DNA of 64,000 nucleotides, taken from the NCBI GenBank assembly GCA_033581555.1, contig JAVQSZ010000005.1, positions 64,001 through 128,000 of the forward strand, read 5' to 3'. A model generated the notes under the pieces. It searched no databases. It saw nothing but the letters and a program-made list of their open reading frames with translations, and was not told the origin of the DNA. Position numbers and translations under genes: made by a program. Below are positions 1-8,367 of this stretch, in pieces. How positions within the stretch are numbered: position 1 is the first letter of the stretch; each line of letters opens with the position of its first letter. Origin of the DNA: Nitrososphaerota archaeon (GTDB taxonomy: Archaea > Thermoproteota > Nitrososphaeria_A > Caldarchaeales > Calditenuaceae).

Positions 1-501
1 CGCCCTCCAGGTGAAGGCCCTGTTGTCCGGGACCTCGTCGTAGAGCTGTGGGGCGCCAGGCTGGACCGCCTTCTCCGGGTCGGTCACCGCGGGGAGCTGC
101 TCGAACTCGGCCTTCACGAGCCCTGCCGCGTCCGCGGCCGCGTAGGGAGAGCGGGCGACGACGACCGCATAGGGATCGCCGACGTACCTCACCCTGTCGA
201 CCGCGACCGGCATGTACTTCGGGACCTTGAGGTCCGCTCCGGGTATCAGCCAGGCTGTCGGCACTGGGCCCATCGAGTCCGCGAGGTCGCGGCCAGTGAA
301 GGCCGCGATCACGCCGTCGGCCTTCAGTGCCCTCGAGACGTCGACCGACTTGATCCTCGCGTGGGCGTACGGGCTCCTCACGAAGTGGGCGTAGACCGTG
401 CCCGGGAGCGTGATGTCCGCGGTGAACCTCCCCTTTCCGGTGATCAGCCTCGGGTCCTCCTTCCTCTTAACCTTGGCACCGAACAGCTTAGTTACCGCCA
501 T
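1..501 (-). CDS. Xanthine dehydrogenase/aerobic CO dehydrogenase-family molybdopterin large subunit (N-terminal part; runs off the window)
   Basis: Own minus-strand translation from ATG at 501: MAVTKLFGAKVKRKEDPRLITGKGRFTADITLPGTVYAHFVRSPYAHARIKSVD, the typical CoxL/CutL N-terminus. Not in the ORF track because it has no stop in the window. Confidence 0.88.
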   Translation of the reverse strand, partial: MAVTKLFGAKVKRKEDPRLITGKGRFTADITLPGTVYAHFVRSPYAHARIKSVDVSRALKADGVIAAFTGRDLADSMGPVPTAWLIPGADLKVPKYMPVAVDRVRYVGDPYAVVVARSPYAAADAAGLVKAEFEQLPAVTDPEKAVQPGAPQLYDEVPDNRAFTWRA

Positions 502-566
502 GCACCGTGACGATCTCCGACCGATAGAAAATTTTTTCGACAAACACGAAGTCGAGGTTAGTGGAC

Positions 567-1019
567 ATGTCGGGAGGCGAGGGCGCCGCGGTCAAGACCA
601 GGACGAGGAGGGAGAGATCGGCGGGGTGCGTCGTCTTCCACGTCTCACCGGACGGTCAGAGGAGGTACCTCGTGCTCCATTACCCGAACGGGCACTGGGA
701 CTTCCCGAAGGGCCACGTCGAGAGGGGCGAGGACGACTTCGAGGCGGCCCTGAGGGAGCTCAAGGAGGAGACAGGGATCTCTCAGGTCGAGCCGGTCCTC
801 GGCTTCAGGCGTGAGGTCTCGTACTTCTTCACGGACTCGGGCGAGCGGGTCGCCAAGACGGTCGTCTACTTCGCGGTGAGGGCCCTGAGCCCAGAGGTCA
901 GACTCTCTGAGGAACACTTGAGTTACGAGTGGCTCGCCTACGAGGACGCGATGAAGAGGCTCTCCTTCAGGACCTCGAGGGCGCTGCTCGAGGAGGTCGA
1001 GAGGCTGCTCGCGTCGTAG
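567..1019 (+). CDS. Nudix hydrolase, Ap4A-hydrolase-like
   Basis: WDFPKGHVERGEDDFEAALRELKEETG Nudix box; SAGCVVF and SEEHLSYEW motifs. Start at 561 (GTG) or 567 (ATG). Confidence 0.85.
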   Translation: MSGGEGAAVKTRTRRERSAGCVVFHVSPDGQRRYLVLHYPNGHWDFPKGHVERGEDDFEAALRELKEETGISQVEPVLGFRREVSYFFTDSGERVAKTVVYFAVRALSPEVRLSEEHLSYEWLAYEDAMKRLSFRTSRALLEEVERLLAS

Positions 1020-1064
1020 TACGGAGCTCCGCCGGCTTAAGGTCCAGCCCCACGACCTCGGGCG

Positions 1065-1397
1065 TCAGAGGACCTGCGCTCCCTGATGTATGTCCCTCTC
1101 CGGGACGATCGGCACGACGTTGGACTCGTCGGTCATCGCTGCCAGTATCATGCACTCCGAGACCAGCCCCTTAACCTTCTTCGGCCTGAGGTTGGTCACG
1201 AAGACGAACTTCCTGTTGATGAAGTGCTCCGGGCCGTAGAGGTGCCCCAGTCCCGCGAGCGCCTGCTTCCTGAACGTCCCGAAGTCGACCGTCAGCCTGA
1301 TCAGTCTGTCCGTGCCCTGGACCCTCTCAGCCTCGATCACCATCCCGACCCTGATGTCCGCGCGCCTGAACTCAGAGATGTCCAGCTCCGATGACAA
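1065..1397 (-). CDS. Stand-alone OB-fold tRNA-binding protein (Trbp111/CsaA/MetRS C-domain-like)
   Basis: DIRVGMVIEAERVQGTDRL...NLRPKKVKGLVSECMILAA. Confidence 0.85.
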   Translation of the reverse strand: MSSELDISEFRRADIRVGMVIEAERVQGTDRLIRLTVDFGTFRKQALAGLGHLYGPEHFINRKFVFVTNLRPKKVKGLVSECMILAAMTDESNVVPIVPERDIHQGAQVL

Positions 1398-1547
1398 GCC
1401 GCTCCCTGTCTCGCGGACCTGGTTGATTAAGGTGGCGAGGCAAAGGTAAGGAAGCTGCCTCCCGATCGGGGATTACGGGCCCGATGCCTCATACGGATAT
1501 CGCGCACTCCAGTTAAATACGGATCGAGGCGACGGCACGGGGGTAGG

Positions 1548-3290
1548 ATGGTCAAGGTCCACGGGCCGCTCGAGGAGGCGAGGCCTGCGCTGAGGAGGGT
1601 CTACGTCAGGGAGGTGGTGCTCGAGAACTTCATGTCGCACGAGTACAGCAGGGTCAGGGTCTCCAGAGGGATCAACCTGATCACCGGACCTAACGGCGCC
1701 GGGAAGTCCTCGATATTGCTCGGGATATCGGTCGCGCTGGGCCAGAGCTACACCGAGAGGGGCGAGAGGCTCGCGGACCTCATCAGGAGGGGCAGGGACT
1801 CGGCGAGGGTATCGGTCGTGCTCGACAACTCGCCGGTCGACGGCGAGCGCCCCGTCAGGTCCATCCCGCTGGACACCATCACGATCACCCGTTACATCAA
1901 GAGGACCGGGGAGTACTGGCACTACGTCAACAACAGGTTCAGGACGAAGGCCGAGGTCGACCAGCTCCTCAGGTCGCTGGGGATCAACCCGAACAACCTC
2001 CTGATCGTGATGCACCAGAACATGATAGAGGAGTTCGCGGCCCGCGACGACTCCGAGAAGCTCAGGATGCTCGAGGACGCGGTCGGGCTATCCTCAATGA
2101 GGGAGAGGATCCTGCAGGCTCAGGAGAGGCTCTCGTCCCTAATGGGCGAGGTGAACGCCGTGAGGAGGGCCCTCGAGGAGGCAGCGGCCGCCGTCGAGTA
2201 CTGGAAGTCCGAGGTCGAGAAGCTCTCGAGGAAGAGGGAGCTCGAGTCGAGGAGGACGGCCCTTGAGCTGGAGTTCCTCTGGAGCCTCGCGAGGTCGACC
2301 GAGCTCGCTGTGAGGAGGAAGTCGGAGCTGCTCGATCAGGTCAGGTCGGAGCTCTTTGGTCTCAGGGCCGAGGAGGCCGAGGTCTCCGAGACGCTGAGGT
2401 CGAGGAGGTCGGCGCTCGCGGAGCTGCTGAGGTCGGGAGGCGGCGACGTCGAGTCGGTCCTGAGGGAAGTCGACGGGCTGATCGAACTGGCGGCGCGGAG
2501 GGGCGTGATCGGGTACAGGATCGGCGAGCTGGAGAGGGAGGGCAGGGCCCTCGAGAGGGAGATCAGGGCCCTCGAGAGGGAGCTCGACGAGAGGGTCAGG
2601 GCCGCGTCGGAGAGGGGGCCGCGGGTCGAGACCGACCGGGAGCCCTCCGAGGTCCAGGAGGAGCTGAAGTTCGTCGCGCTCCAGCTCTCCTCGTTCGGGA
2701 CCGTCGTCGGCGAGGCGGAGGAGATGTACTTCATGGCGGACTCGAAGTTCAGGAGCCTCCAGATCAGGGCCGAGGAGCTGGAGCAGAACGTCAGGAGGGC
2801 GCTCGAGGAGGTCGAGCACCGGAAGAGGGTCTGGAGGGAGAAGCTCGAGGAGCTGGTCAGCGAGGTCAACCCCGTCTACGATGAGATCCTCTCCAGCGTT
2901 GGAGGCACCGGCGCGATCAGGGTCAGGGGGCTCGAGGACCCGGCGACCGCGAGGCTCGAGCTCTACGCCGGCTTCAGGGGCAACCCGGCGACGCTCCTCG
3001 ACGCGAGGGCCCACAGCGGCGGCGAGAGGGTGCTGGCGACGCTGGGCTTCCTACTCGCGGTCCAATCGAGGGTCAAGTCGCCCTTCAGGGCCGTCGACGA
3101 GTTCGACGTCCACCTCGACCCGCTGAACAGGGAGAGGATGATGACGATGCTGCTCGAGACCGCCCGGAGGCACGGCGACGTCCAGTACATCATCATCACG
3201 CCCGGCAGGGTCCCCGAGATGGAGGGCGTCAACCTGATCGTGGTCCAGAACGTCTCGGGCCGCTCCATCGTGACCGGTGGTCAGGGATGA
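1548..3290 (+). CDS. Short SMC-like ATPase (archaeal SMC-related; coalescin/arcadin-4/Sph-like group)
   Basis: LENFMSH, Walker A GPNGAGKS, Q-loop MHQN, long coiled coil, signature HSGGE, Walker B AVDEFDVHLD; only 580 aa. Confidence 0.88.
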   Translation: MVKVHGPLEEARPALRRVYVREVVLENFMSHEYSRVRVSRGINLITGPNGAGKSSILLGISVALGQSYTERGERLADLIRRGRDSARVSVVLDNSPVDGERPVRSIPLDTITITRYIKRTGEYWHYVNNRFRTKAEVDQLLRSLGINPNNLLIVMHQNMIEEFAARDDSEKLRMLEDAVGLSSMRERILQAQERLSSLMGEVNAVRRALEEAAAAVEYWKSEVEKLSRKRELESRRTALELEFLWSLARSTELAVRRKSELLDQVRSELFGLRAEEAEVSETLRSRRSALAELLRSGGGDVESVLREVDGLIELAARRGVIGYRIGELEREGRALEREIRALERELDERVRAASERGPRVETDREPSEVQEELKFVALQLSSFGTVVGEAEEMYFMADSKFRSLQIRAEELEQNVRRALEEVEHRKRVWREKLEELVSEVNPVYDEILSSVGGTGAIRVRGLEDPATARLELYAGFRGNPATLLDARAHSGGERVLATLGFLLAVQSRVKSPFRAVDEFDVHLDPLNRERMMTMLLETARRHGDVQYIIITPGRVPEMEGVNLIVVQNVSGRSIVTGGQG

Positions 3291-4033
3291 GGCCGGTGGA
3301 GGTAAGGGTGGAGGAGCTGAGGAGGATGGCGGCGGCCCTCGAGTCGGTCCTCAGCATGAAGGTCGAGCCCTTCACCGTCAACGTCGCCTCGCTCCTCAGG
3401 AGGCTCAGGTCGATCGTCGAGGAGAGCAGGGACCTCGAGACGGTCGTCCTCGACGCCGAGGTCCTCTACAGGGTCTCGGTGGTCCTGGGGCTCCAGCAGA
3501 GGTACATCCTCCAGAGCGCCTCCTCACTCCTGATCGACTCCCAGCTGGTCGTCGCGAAGGTCCTCAGGTCCGAGCCCCACGAGCTCGCCGCGGCCCTCGT
3601 CTCGGCCTGGCGACCGATCGCGAGGGTCGAGCACGTCACCACACCCCTTCTCGTCAGGGCTTACGAACACTTCCTCTCGCTCCCGGGGAAGCCGGTGAGG
3701 ATCGAGGCCGGGCTATCCGCCGAGGAGAGGGCTCCGGGATGGGAGGCCTACGAGGCCGCGTTCGAGGAGGAGCTGAGGTCGCTGAAGTCGGAGCTCGAGT
3801 CCGAGGGAGGCTGGGTCGACTACTGGGAGTTCGTCTCGAGGGAGGGCGAACGCCGGAGGGCCAGCAGGGCGTATCTCCTGAGCTTCCTCATCACCCGAGG
3901 CGAGATTGAGGTCCAGTACGACCCGCTCAGGGAGGAGATCAGGGTAATGGCCGCGACCGCCCCACAGCAGAGGAGGGAGGGCGACGTCCTCTCCCTGGTG
4001 ATATCGCTGGGCCGGATGGGGCGGGGCGGCTGA
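3287..4033 (+). CDS. ScpA-like kleisin
   Basis: ATGA overlap with the SMC-like gene; N-terminal helical domain (VEPFTVNVASLL) and C-terminal winged helix (VDYWEFV...AYLLSFLITRGEIEVQYD...EEIRV). Confidence 0.7.
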   Translation: MRPVEVRVEELRRMAAALESVLSMKVEPFTVNVASLLRRLRSIVEESRDLETVVLDAEVLYRVSVVLGLQQRYILQSASSLLIDSQLVVAKVLRSEPHELAAALVSAWRPIARVEHVTTPLLVRAYEHFLSLPGKPVRIEAGLSAEERAPGWEAYEAAFEEELRSLKSELESEGGWVDYWEFVSREGERRRASRAYLLSFLITRGEIEVQYDPLREEIRVMAATAPQQRREGDVLSLVISLGRMGRGG

Positions 4034-4054
4034 GCGCTAGACCGGTCCATGGCC

Positions 4055-4150
4055 AATCTCTCGCCCTCTGGGCTTCACTTCCGGCAGGGTTGAGTACCGG
4101 GTCCACTTTCGGGGCGCACTCGGACTTTCGGGAGACCCTCCGTGAATTTC
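4055..4150 (+). promoter_or_regulatory. Array of ANTTTC-type elements upstream of the PolB2 operon
   Basis: ACTTTC at 4105 and 4124, AATTTC at 4145; near-matches AATCTC at 4055 and ACTTCC at 4077; no ordinary TATA box. Confidence 0.6.
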
Positions 4151-4175
4151 CAGGACCTCGGAGGCCTCAGGGCCG

Positions 4176-4457
4176 ATGGGCAGGACCGTCCCGACGTACA
4201 GGCAGAGGCTCCTGGCCGAGCTCGAGAGGTGGAAGTGCTTCAGGTCCGCGCTCCTGAGGGACGAGAGGTATGACTTCGACAGGCTGGTGGACCAGGCCTT
4301 CTCCTACGTCCACGCGGGCTCGATGTGCCCCGAGAGGGAGGCGTTCGAGGTGCTGGTGATATCGCTGCTCCTCGCCCACGAGTCGAGGCTCAGGTCGCTC
4401 GAGGGGGCGGCCGGCGTGGAGGCTCCGAGGGTCGGCGCGAAGGGGCTTGATCGGTAG
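4176..4457 (+). CDS. Small helical PolB2-associated protein (arCOG07300-like)
   Basis: MGRTVPTYRQRL...W..FR.AL..DER..FD.L signature; overlaps the start of PolB2. Confidence 0.8.
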   Translation: MGRTVPTYRQRLLAELERWKCFRSALLRDERYDFDRLVDQAFSYVHAGSMCPEREAFEVLVISLLLAHESRLRSLEGAAGVEAPRVGAKGLDR

Positions 4458-6630
4458 GCTGCTGGACCTGAACTTCACGCCCGACGGCGAGGCGGTCGAG
4501 CTCTGGCTCAGGCTCGGCGAGTCCGAGGTCGAGAGGGTCCGAGTCGAGTGGATGCCCTCGGTCTGCGCGGTAGGGCCCGGAGGCGCGCTCGAGGAGCTCG
4601 CGAGGGCGTTCTGTGAGCGCTCGGAGCTGGTGACGGCCTCCGAGGAGCCCGGGAGGGATCCCAGGCCGGCGTTGAGGATCAGGGCGAAGGCCTGGGAGAG
4701 GAGAGAGGTCGCGAGGCTTATCGAGTCGTCCTTCGGAAGGTCAGGAGTCAGGGTCTACGACGTCGACGTCCCGGCGCTCCAGCAGTTCCTCTATGAGCAC
4801 GGGCTCTTCCCGACCGCGCTGGTCGAGGTCTCCGGAGACCGGCTGAGGACCATCGACTCGAGGGAGGACGCGGACTACGACGTCTCGTGGGTCAGGGTCG
4901 CGGAGCTCGAAGTCTCGACGCGGCGAGGCTCAGCTTACCCGGGCCTCGACGAGCCCCTGGGTTCCGTGAGGCTGACCTCGAGGGAGGGGGAGGTGGAGCT
5001 GGACGGCGACGAGCCCGGCGTCCTCGAGGAGCTGATGAGGGCGGTGGAGCCCTTCGACGTGCTGTTGGTCAAAGGCGGCGACTCTTTCGCGATGCACTAC
5101 CTCCGCCACAGGGCGTCGGTGAACGGCGTCGAGCTCGAGCTGGGGAGGGAGAGGTCTCCGAGACCGAGGAGGGGCTCGAGGGCCTACTGGAGCTACGGCA
5201 GGGTCTACAGGAGGCACAGCGCCTTCAGGTTGAGGGGAAGGGTCCACGTCGACCCTCTCAACTCCTTCGTCTACTCCCACACGGGGCTCTTCGGCCTCCT
5301 CGAGGTCGCGAGGACCTGCGTAGTCCCGCTCCACGACGCCGCAAGGTACACGATCGGGCAGTGCATGACCTCCCTCCAGTTCGAGGTCGCGAGCAGGAGG
5401 AAAGCGCTGGTGCCCTGGAGGGCCGGGAGACCGCTCTACTTCACCCTCGGGGAGCTCAGCGTGATGGACAGGGGAGGACTCACGCTTGACCACAGACCCG
5501 GAGTCTACTGGGGAGTCGCGGAGGTGGACTTCCAGAGCATGTACCCGATGATCATCCTGACGAGGAACGTCAGCGCGGAGACCGTGAACTGCGGGTGCTG
5601 CGGCGGCCGCGGGACGCCGATCCCGGAGATAGGAGGCCACACCTGCTCGAGGAGGGTAGGGCTGGTCCCGGAGGCGATATCGCTCCCTCTCAGGAAGAGG
5701 CTCGCGTACAAGTCGATGCTTAGGGAGGGAAAGGGCGACCCGGAGGTCCTCAGGGCGAGGTCGGACGCGCTGAAGTGGGTACTCGTCTCCTCCTTCGGGT
5801 ATCTGGGCTTCAGGAAGGCGAAGTTCGGGTCTAGGCTCGCCCACATGGCCGTCTGCGCCCACGCCAGGGACGCGCTGCTGAGGGCGGTAAGGGTCGCGGA
5901 GCGAATGGGCTTCGAGGTCGTCCACGGGATCGTCGACTCGCTCTGGGTCAGGAGGGAGGGTGCAGCCGAGGAGGATTACTCGGAGCTGGTGAGGGCGATC
6001 GAAGAGGAGACCGGCCTGCCCGCGGCCCTCGAGGGGACCTACAGGTGGATCGCGTTCCTCCCCTCGAAGTCCTCCCCCCTCAGGCCCGTGAACGGGAGGT
6101 ACTTCGGCTTCAGGACCGACGGCAGGGCCAAGTTCAGGGGGATTGAGGCGAGGAGGTCGGACACGCCGCCGCTGGTCGCGAGGATGCAGCTGGAGATGCT
6201 CGAAGTCCTCTCGAGGGTCGAAGCCCCGCAGGACCTGCCTGGAGCGGTGGAGGAGTGCTTCGGTGTGCTGAGGAGGTACGAGAGGGACCTGGTGCTGGGG
6301 AGGGTCGGAGTGGAGGACTTGGTGGTGACGGTGAGGCTCTCGAGGGACCCCTTCGGCTACTTCAACAGGGTCAGGCAGGCGGTCGCCGCGAGGAGGCTCC
6401 TGAGGATGGGCGTGGAGGTGGGGGCCGGGAGCGTCGTCAGCTACGTCGCCCTCGGGGACAGCTCCGCGCCCTACCCATCGGAGAAGCCCATAAGTCCGGC
6501 CTGTTGCTCGACGGAGTTCTACCTGAACGCGCTCAGAAGGGCCGCGGAGACGATCCTCTCGCCGCTGGTCCGTGCGGTCGCTGGGGCACGCGGCGGACCA
6601 GTCCCCGTCAGGGCCTCAGCAACACCTTGA
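4447..6630 (+). CDS. polB2: Family B DNA polymerase, PolB2/Dpo2 subfamily
   Basis: Motif A DFQSMYP, altered motif B LKWVLVSSFGY, altered motif C HGIVDS (instead of YGDTDS), NCGCC insert, degenerate exonuclease domain. Confidence 0.9.
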   Translation: MIGRLLDLNFTPDGEAVELWLRLGESEVERVRVEWMPSVCAVGPGGALEELARAFCERSELVTASEEPGRDPRPALRIRAKAWERREVARLIESSFGRSGVRVYDVDVPALQQFLYEHGLFPTALVEVSGDRLRTIDSREDADYDVSWVRVAELEVSTRRGSAYPGLDEPLGSVRLTSREGEVELDGDEPGVLEELMRAVEPFDVLLVKGGDSFAMHYLRHRASVNGVELELGRERSPRPRRGSRAYWSYGRVYRRHSAFRLRGRVHVDPLNSFVYSHTGLFGLLEVARTCVVPLHDAARYTIGQCMTSLQFEVASRRKALVPWRAGRPLYFTLGELSVMDRGGLTLDHRPGVYWGVAEVDFQSMYPMIILTRNVSAETVNCGCCGGRGTPIPEIGGHTCSRRVGLVPEAISLPLRKRLAYKSMLREGKGDPEVLRARSDALKWVLVSSFGYLGFRKAKFGSRLAHMAVCAHARDALLRAVRVAERMGFEVVHGIVDSLWVRREGAAEEDYSELVRAIEEETGLPAALEGTYRWIAFLPSKSSPLRPVNGRYFGFRTDGRAKFRGIEARRSDTPPLVARMQLEMLEVLSRVEAPQDLPGAVEECFGVLRRYERDLVLGRVGVEDLVVTVRLSRDPFGYFNRVRQAVAARRLLRMGVEVGAGSVVSYVALGDSSAPYPSEKPISPACCSTEFYLNALRRAAETILSPLVRAVAGARGGPVPVRASATP

Positions 6631-7567
6631 GCGTCCCTGGAGACGACGCGGACGCAAAGGCCTCCCTGTGCTCCTCGAGCCTGTGAACGGCGTCGACCAG
6701 CCTCCTGACGTCGACCAGTCCCCTCTCGAGCGCCCTGATGGCCGGCCTGAAGGGCCCGCACCTCGAGCCCACGACGTGGACTTCATCGACGACGACCTTC
6801 GCGAGGTCGATCCTGTAATCGGCTGCGATCGTCGACTTCAGGACCAAGTAGCCCCGCGGCCTGACGAGCTTCAGCGCGGTCGCCAACCCCTCCGCCCTCC
6901 CGGTGGCCTCGACCACGAGGTCGTAGGAGGACTCCTCGCCCGGGGCCACGCCCTCGACCGCGTCGATCCCGAGCTCTCTCAGCAACCCGACCTTCCTCCC
7001 GTGCTTCCCGATCACCCTCAGCCTCGAGACCCTGTCCCTCAAGACCTGAGCGATCAGGTTAGCGAGCCTCCCGTCGCCGACCACGCAGGCGCTCCAGCTG
7101 GGGTCGACATGGACCTGCTCGAGGACCTCGAAGGCCGCAGCGAGGGGCTCCACGAAGACCGCCCTCTCGTCTTCCACCGAGTCCGGGACCCTGTGGAGGT
7201 TCTCGACCGGGAGCCTCAGGTACTCCGCGAACGCACCGTCCCTTCCCTTGATCCCGAGGACCGTCCTGCTCCTGCAGTGCCTCCTCAGCCCTATCGAGCA
7301 CATGTCGCACCTTCCGCAGGCGGCGTTGATCTCGCCCACCACCCTCGCGCCCACGAGGTCGCTCCTGTCAGACTCGACCACCTCGCCGACGAACTCGTGC
7401 CCCGGCACCCCCTTGAAGCCCGCGTAGCCCTTGAGTATCTGGAGGTCGGTGCCGCATATCCCTGCGAGCCTGACTTTGATCAGCACCTCCCCGTCCCGCT
7501 CGACCCTATGGTCCTCGACGAGCCTGATCTCCCTGCCGTTGAAGTAGAGGGCCCTGCACTCCACCAT
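6608..7567 (-). CDS. Zn-dependent medium-chain alcohol dehydrogenase (threonine dehydrogenase-like)
   Basis: GICGTD, GHEFVG, CGRCDMC...C, VGDGRLA. Confidence 0.88.
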   Translation of the reverse strand: MVECRALYFNGREIRLVEDHRVERDGEVLIKVRLAGICGTDLQILKGYAGFKGVPGHEFVGEVVESDRSDLVGARVVGEINAACGRCDMCSIGLRRHCRSRTVLGIKGRDGAFAEYLRLPVENLHRVPDSVEDERAVFVEPLAAAFEVLEQVHVDPSWSACVVGDGRLANLIAQVLRDRVSRLRVIGKHGRKVGLLRELGIDAVEGVAPGEESSYDLVVEATGRAEGLATALKLVRPRGYLVLKSTIAADYRIDLAKVVVDEVHVVGSRCGPFRPAIRALERGLVDVRRLVDAVHRLEEHREAFASASSPGTLKVLLRP

Positions 7568-7568
7568 C

Positions 7569-8366
7569 TCAGATCACGTGCGGGAAGACGACGCCGTAAC
7601 CGTTCAGCCTCAGGTAGACCGAGAACGCCGCGAGGAAGAGGACCGTCGCGGTGAAGGCCGCGTCCCTGGCCCTGAACCTCAGGTCCAACAGGTAGCTCCT
7701 CTTCGCCGTCGGGACGAAACCCCTCGACTCAATCGCGAGCGGCAGCTCCCCGAACCTCCGCATCGTCGTGATGAAGAGCGGCACGATGACCGCCGCGGAG
7801 TTCCTCATCCTCGAGAAGACGTTGCCCTTGACCAGGTTGACGCCCCTCGCCCTCTGGGCAGCGAGAATCGTCAGTCCGTCACCGACCATCGCTGGGATGA
7901 ACCTGAAGACCGCGGAGACCCCGAAGGCCATCGAATAGGGCATCCCGAGCTTCGTCAGCGCGAGCTCCAAGTCCTCGATCCTCGAGGTGGTGAGGAGCAG
8001 GAGGCCCGAGAGGACCATCGCGACGAGCCTGAAGGCGACCGCGAGGGCGTACATCACCGACTCCTGCGTGAACGTTACCCCCGCGAGCTGAATGAGGACC
8101 GTCTCTCCGCCCCTCCTGAAGAGCGGCCAGAGGACCAGGCTCATGACTGCCAGCGAGACTAGCCCAAACCAGAACATCTTCAGCCTCGAGGCGACTCCAG
8201 ACGCAAGGACCATCGCGAGCACCGCAGCCAAGACGGTCCCCGTGTAGAGCGGGTGGTTGAAGACCGAGGACCAGACGAAGACGCAGACGACGAACGCGAT
8301 CTTCGCCCTAGGGTCGAGGGAGTGGAAGAAGCTCCGGCCCTCGACGTAAAGGATGTACTTCGTCAC
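7569..8366 (-). CDS. ecfT: ECF transporter transmembrane T component
   Basis: LDPRAK, AQRARG and AIESRGF motifs; hydrophobic. Confidence 0.9.
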   Translation of the reverse strand: MTKYILYVEGRSFFHSLDPRAKIAFVVCVFVWSSVFNHPLYTGTVLAAVLAMVLASGVASRLKMFWFGLVSLAVMSLVLWPLFRRGGETVLIQLAGVTFTQESVMYALAVAFRLVAMVLSGLLLLTTSRIEDLELALTKLGMPYSMAFGVSAVFRFIPAMVGDGLTILAAQRARGVNLVKGNVFSRMRNSAAVIVPLFITTMRRFGELPLAIESRGFVPTAKRSYLLDLRFRARDAAFTATVLFLAAFSVYLRLNGYGVVFPHVI

Positions 8367-8367
8367 C

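Noticed and set aside
4447-6630. PolB as the marker of a casposon or provirus
   Set aside because: Motifs match cellular PolB2; no cas1, integrase, terminal repeats or capsid genes
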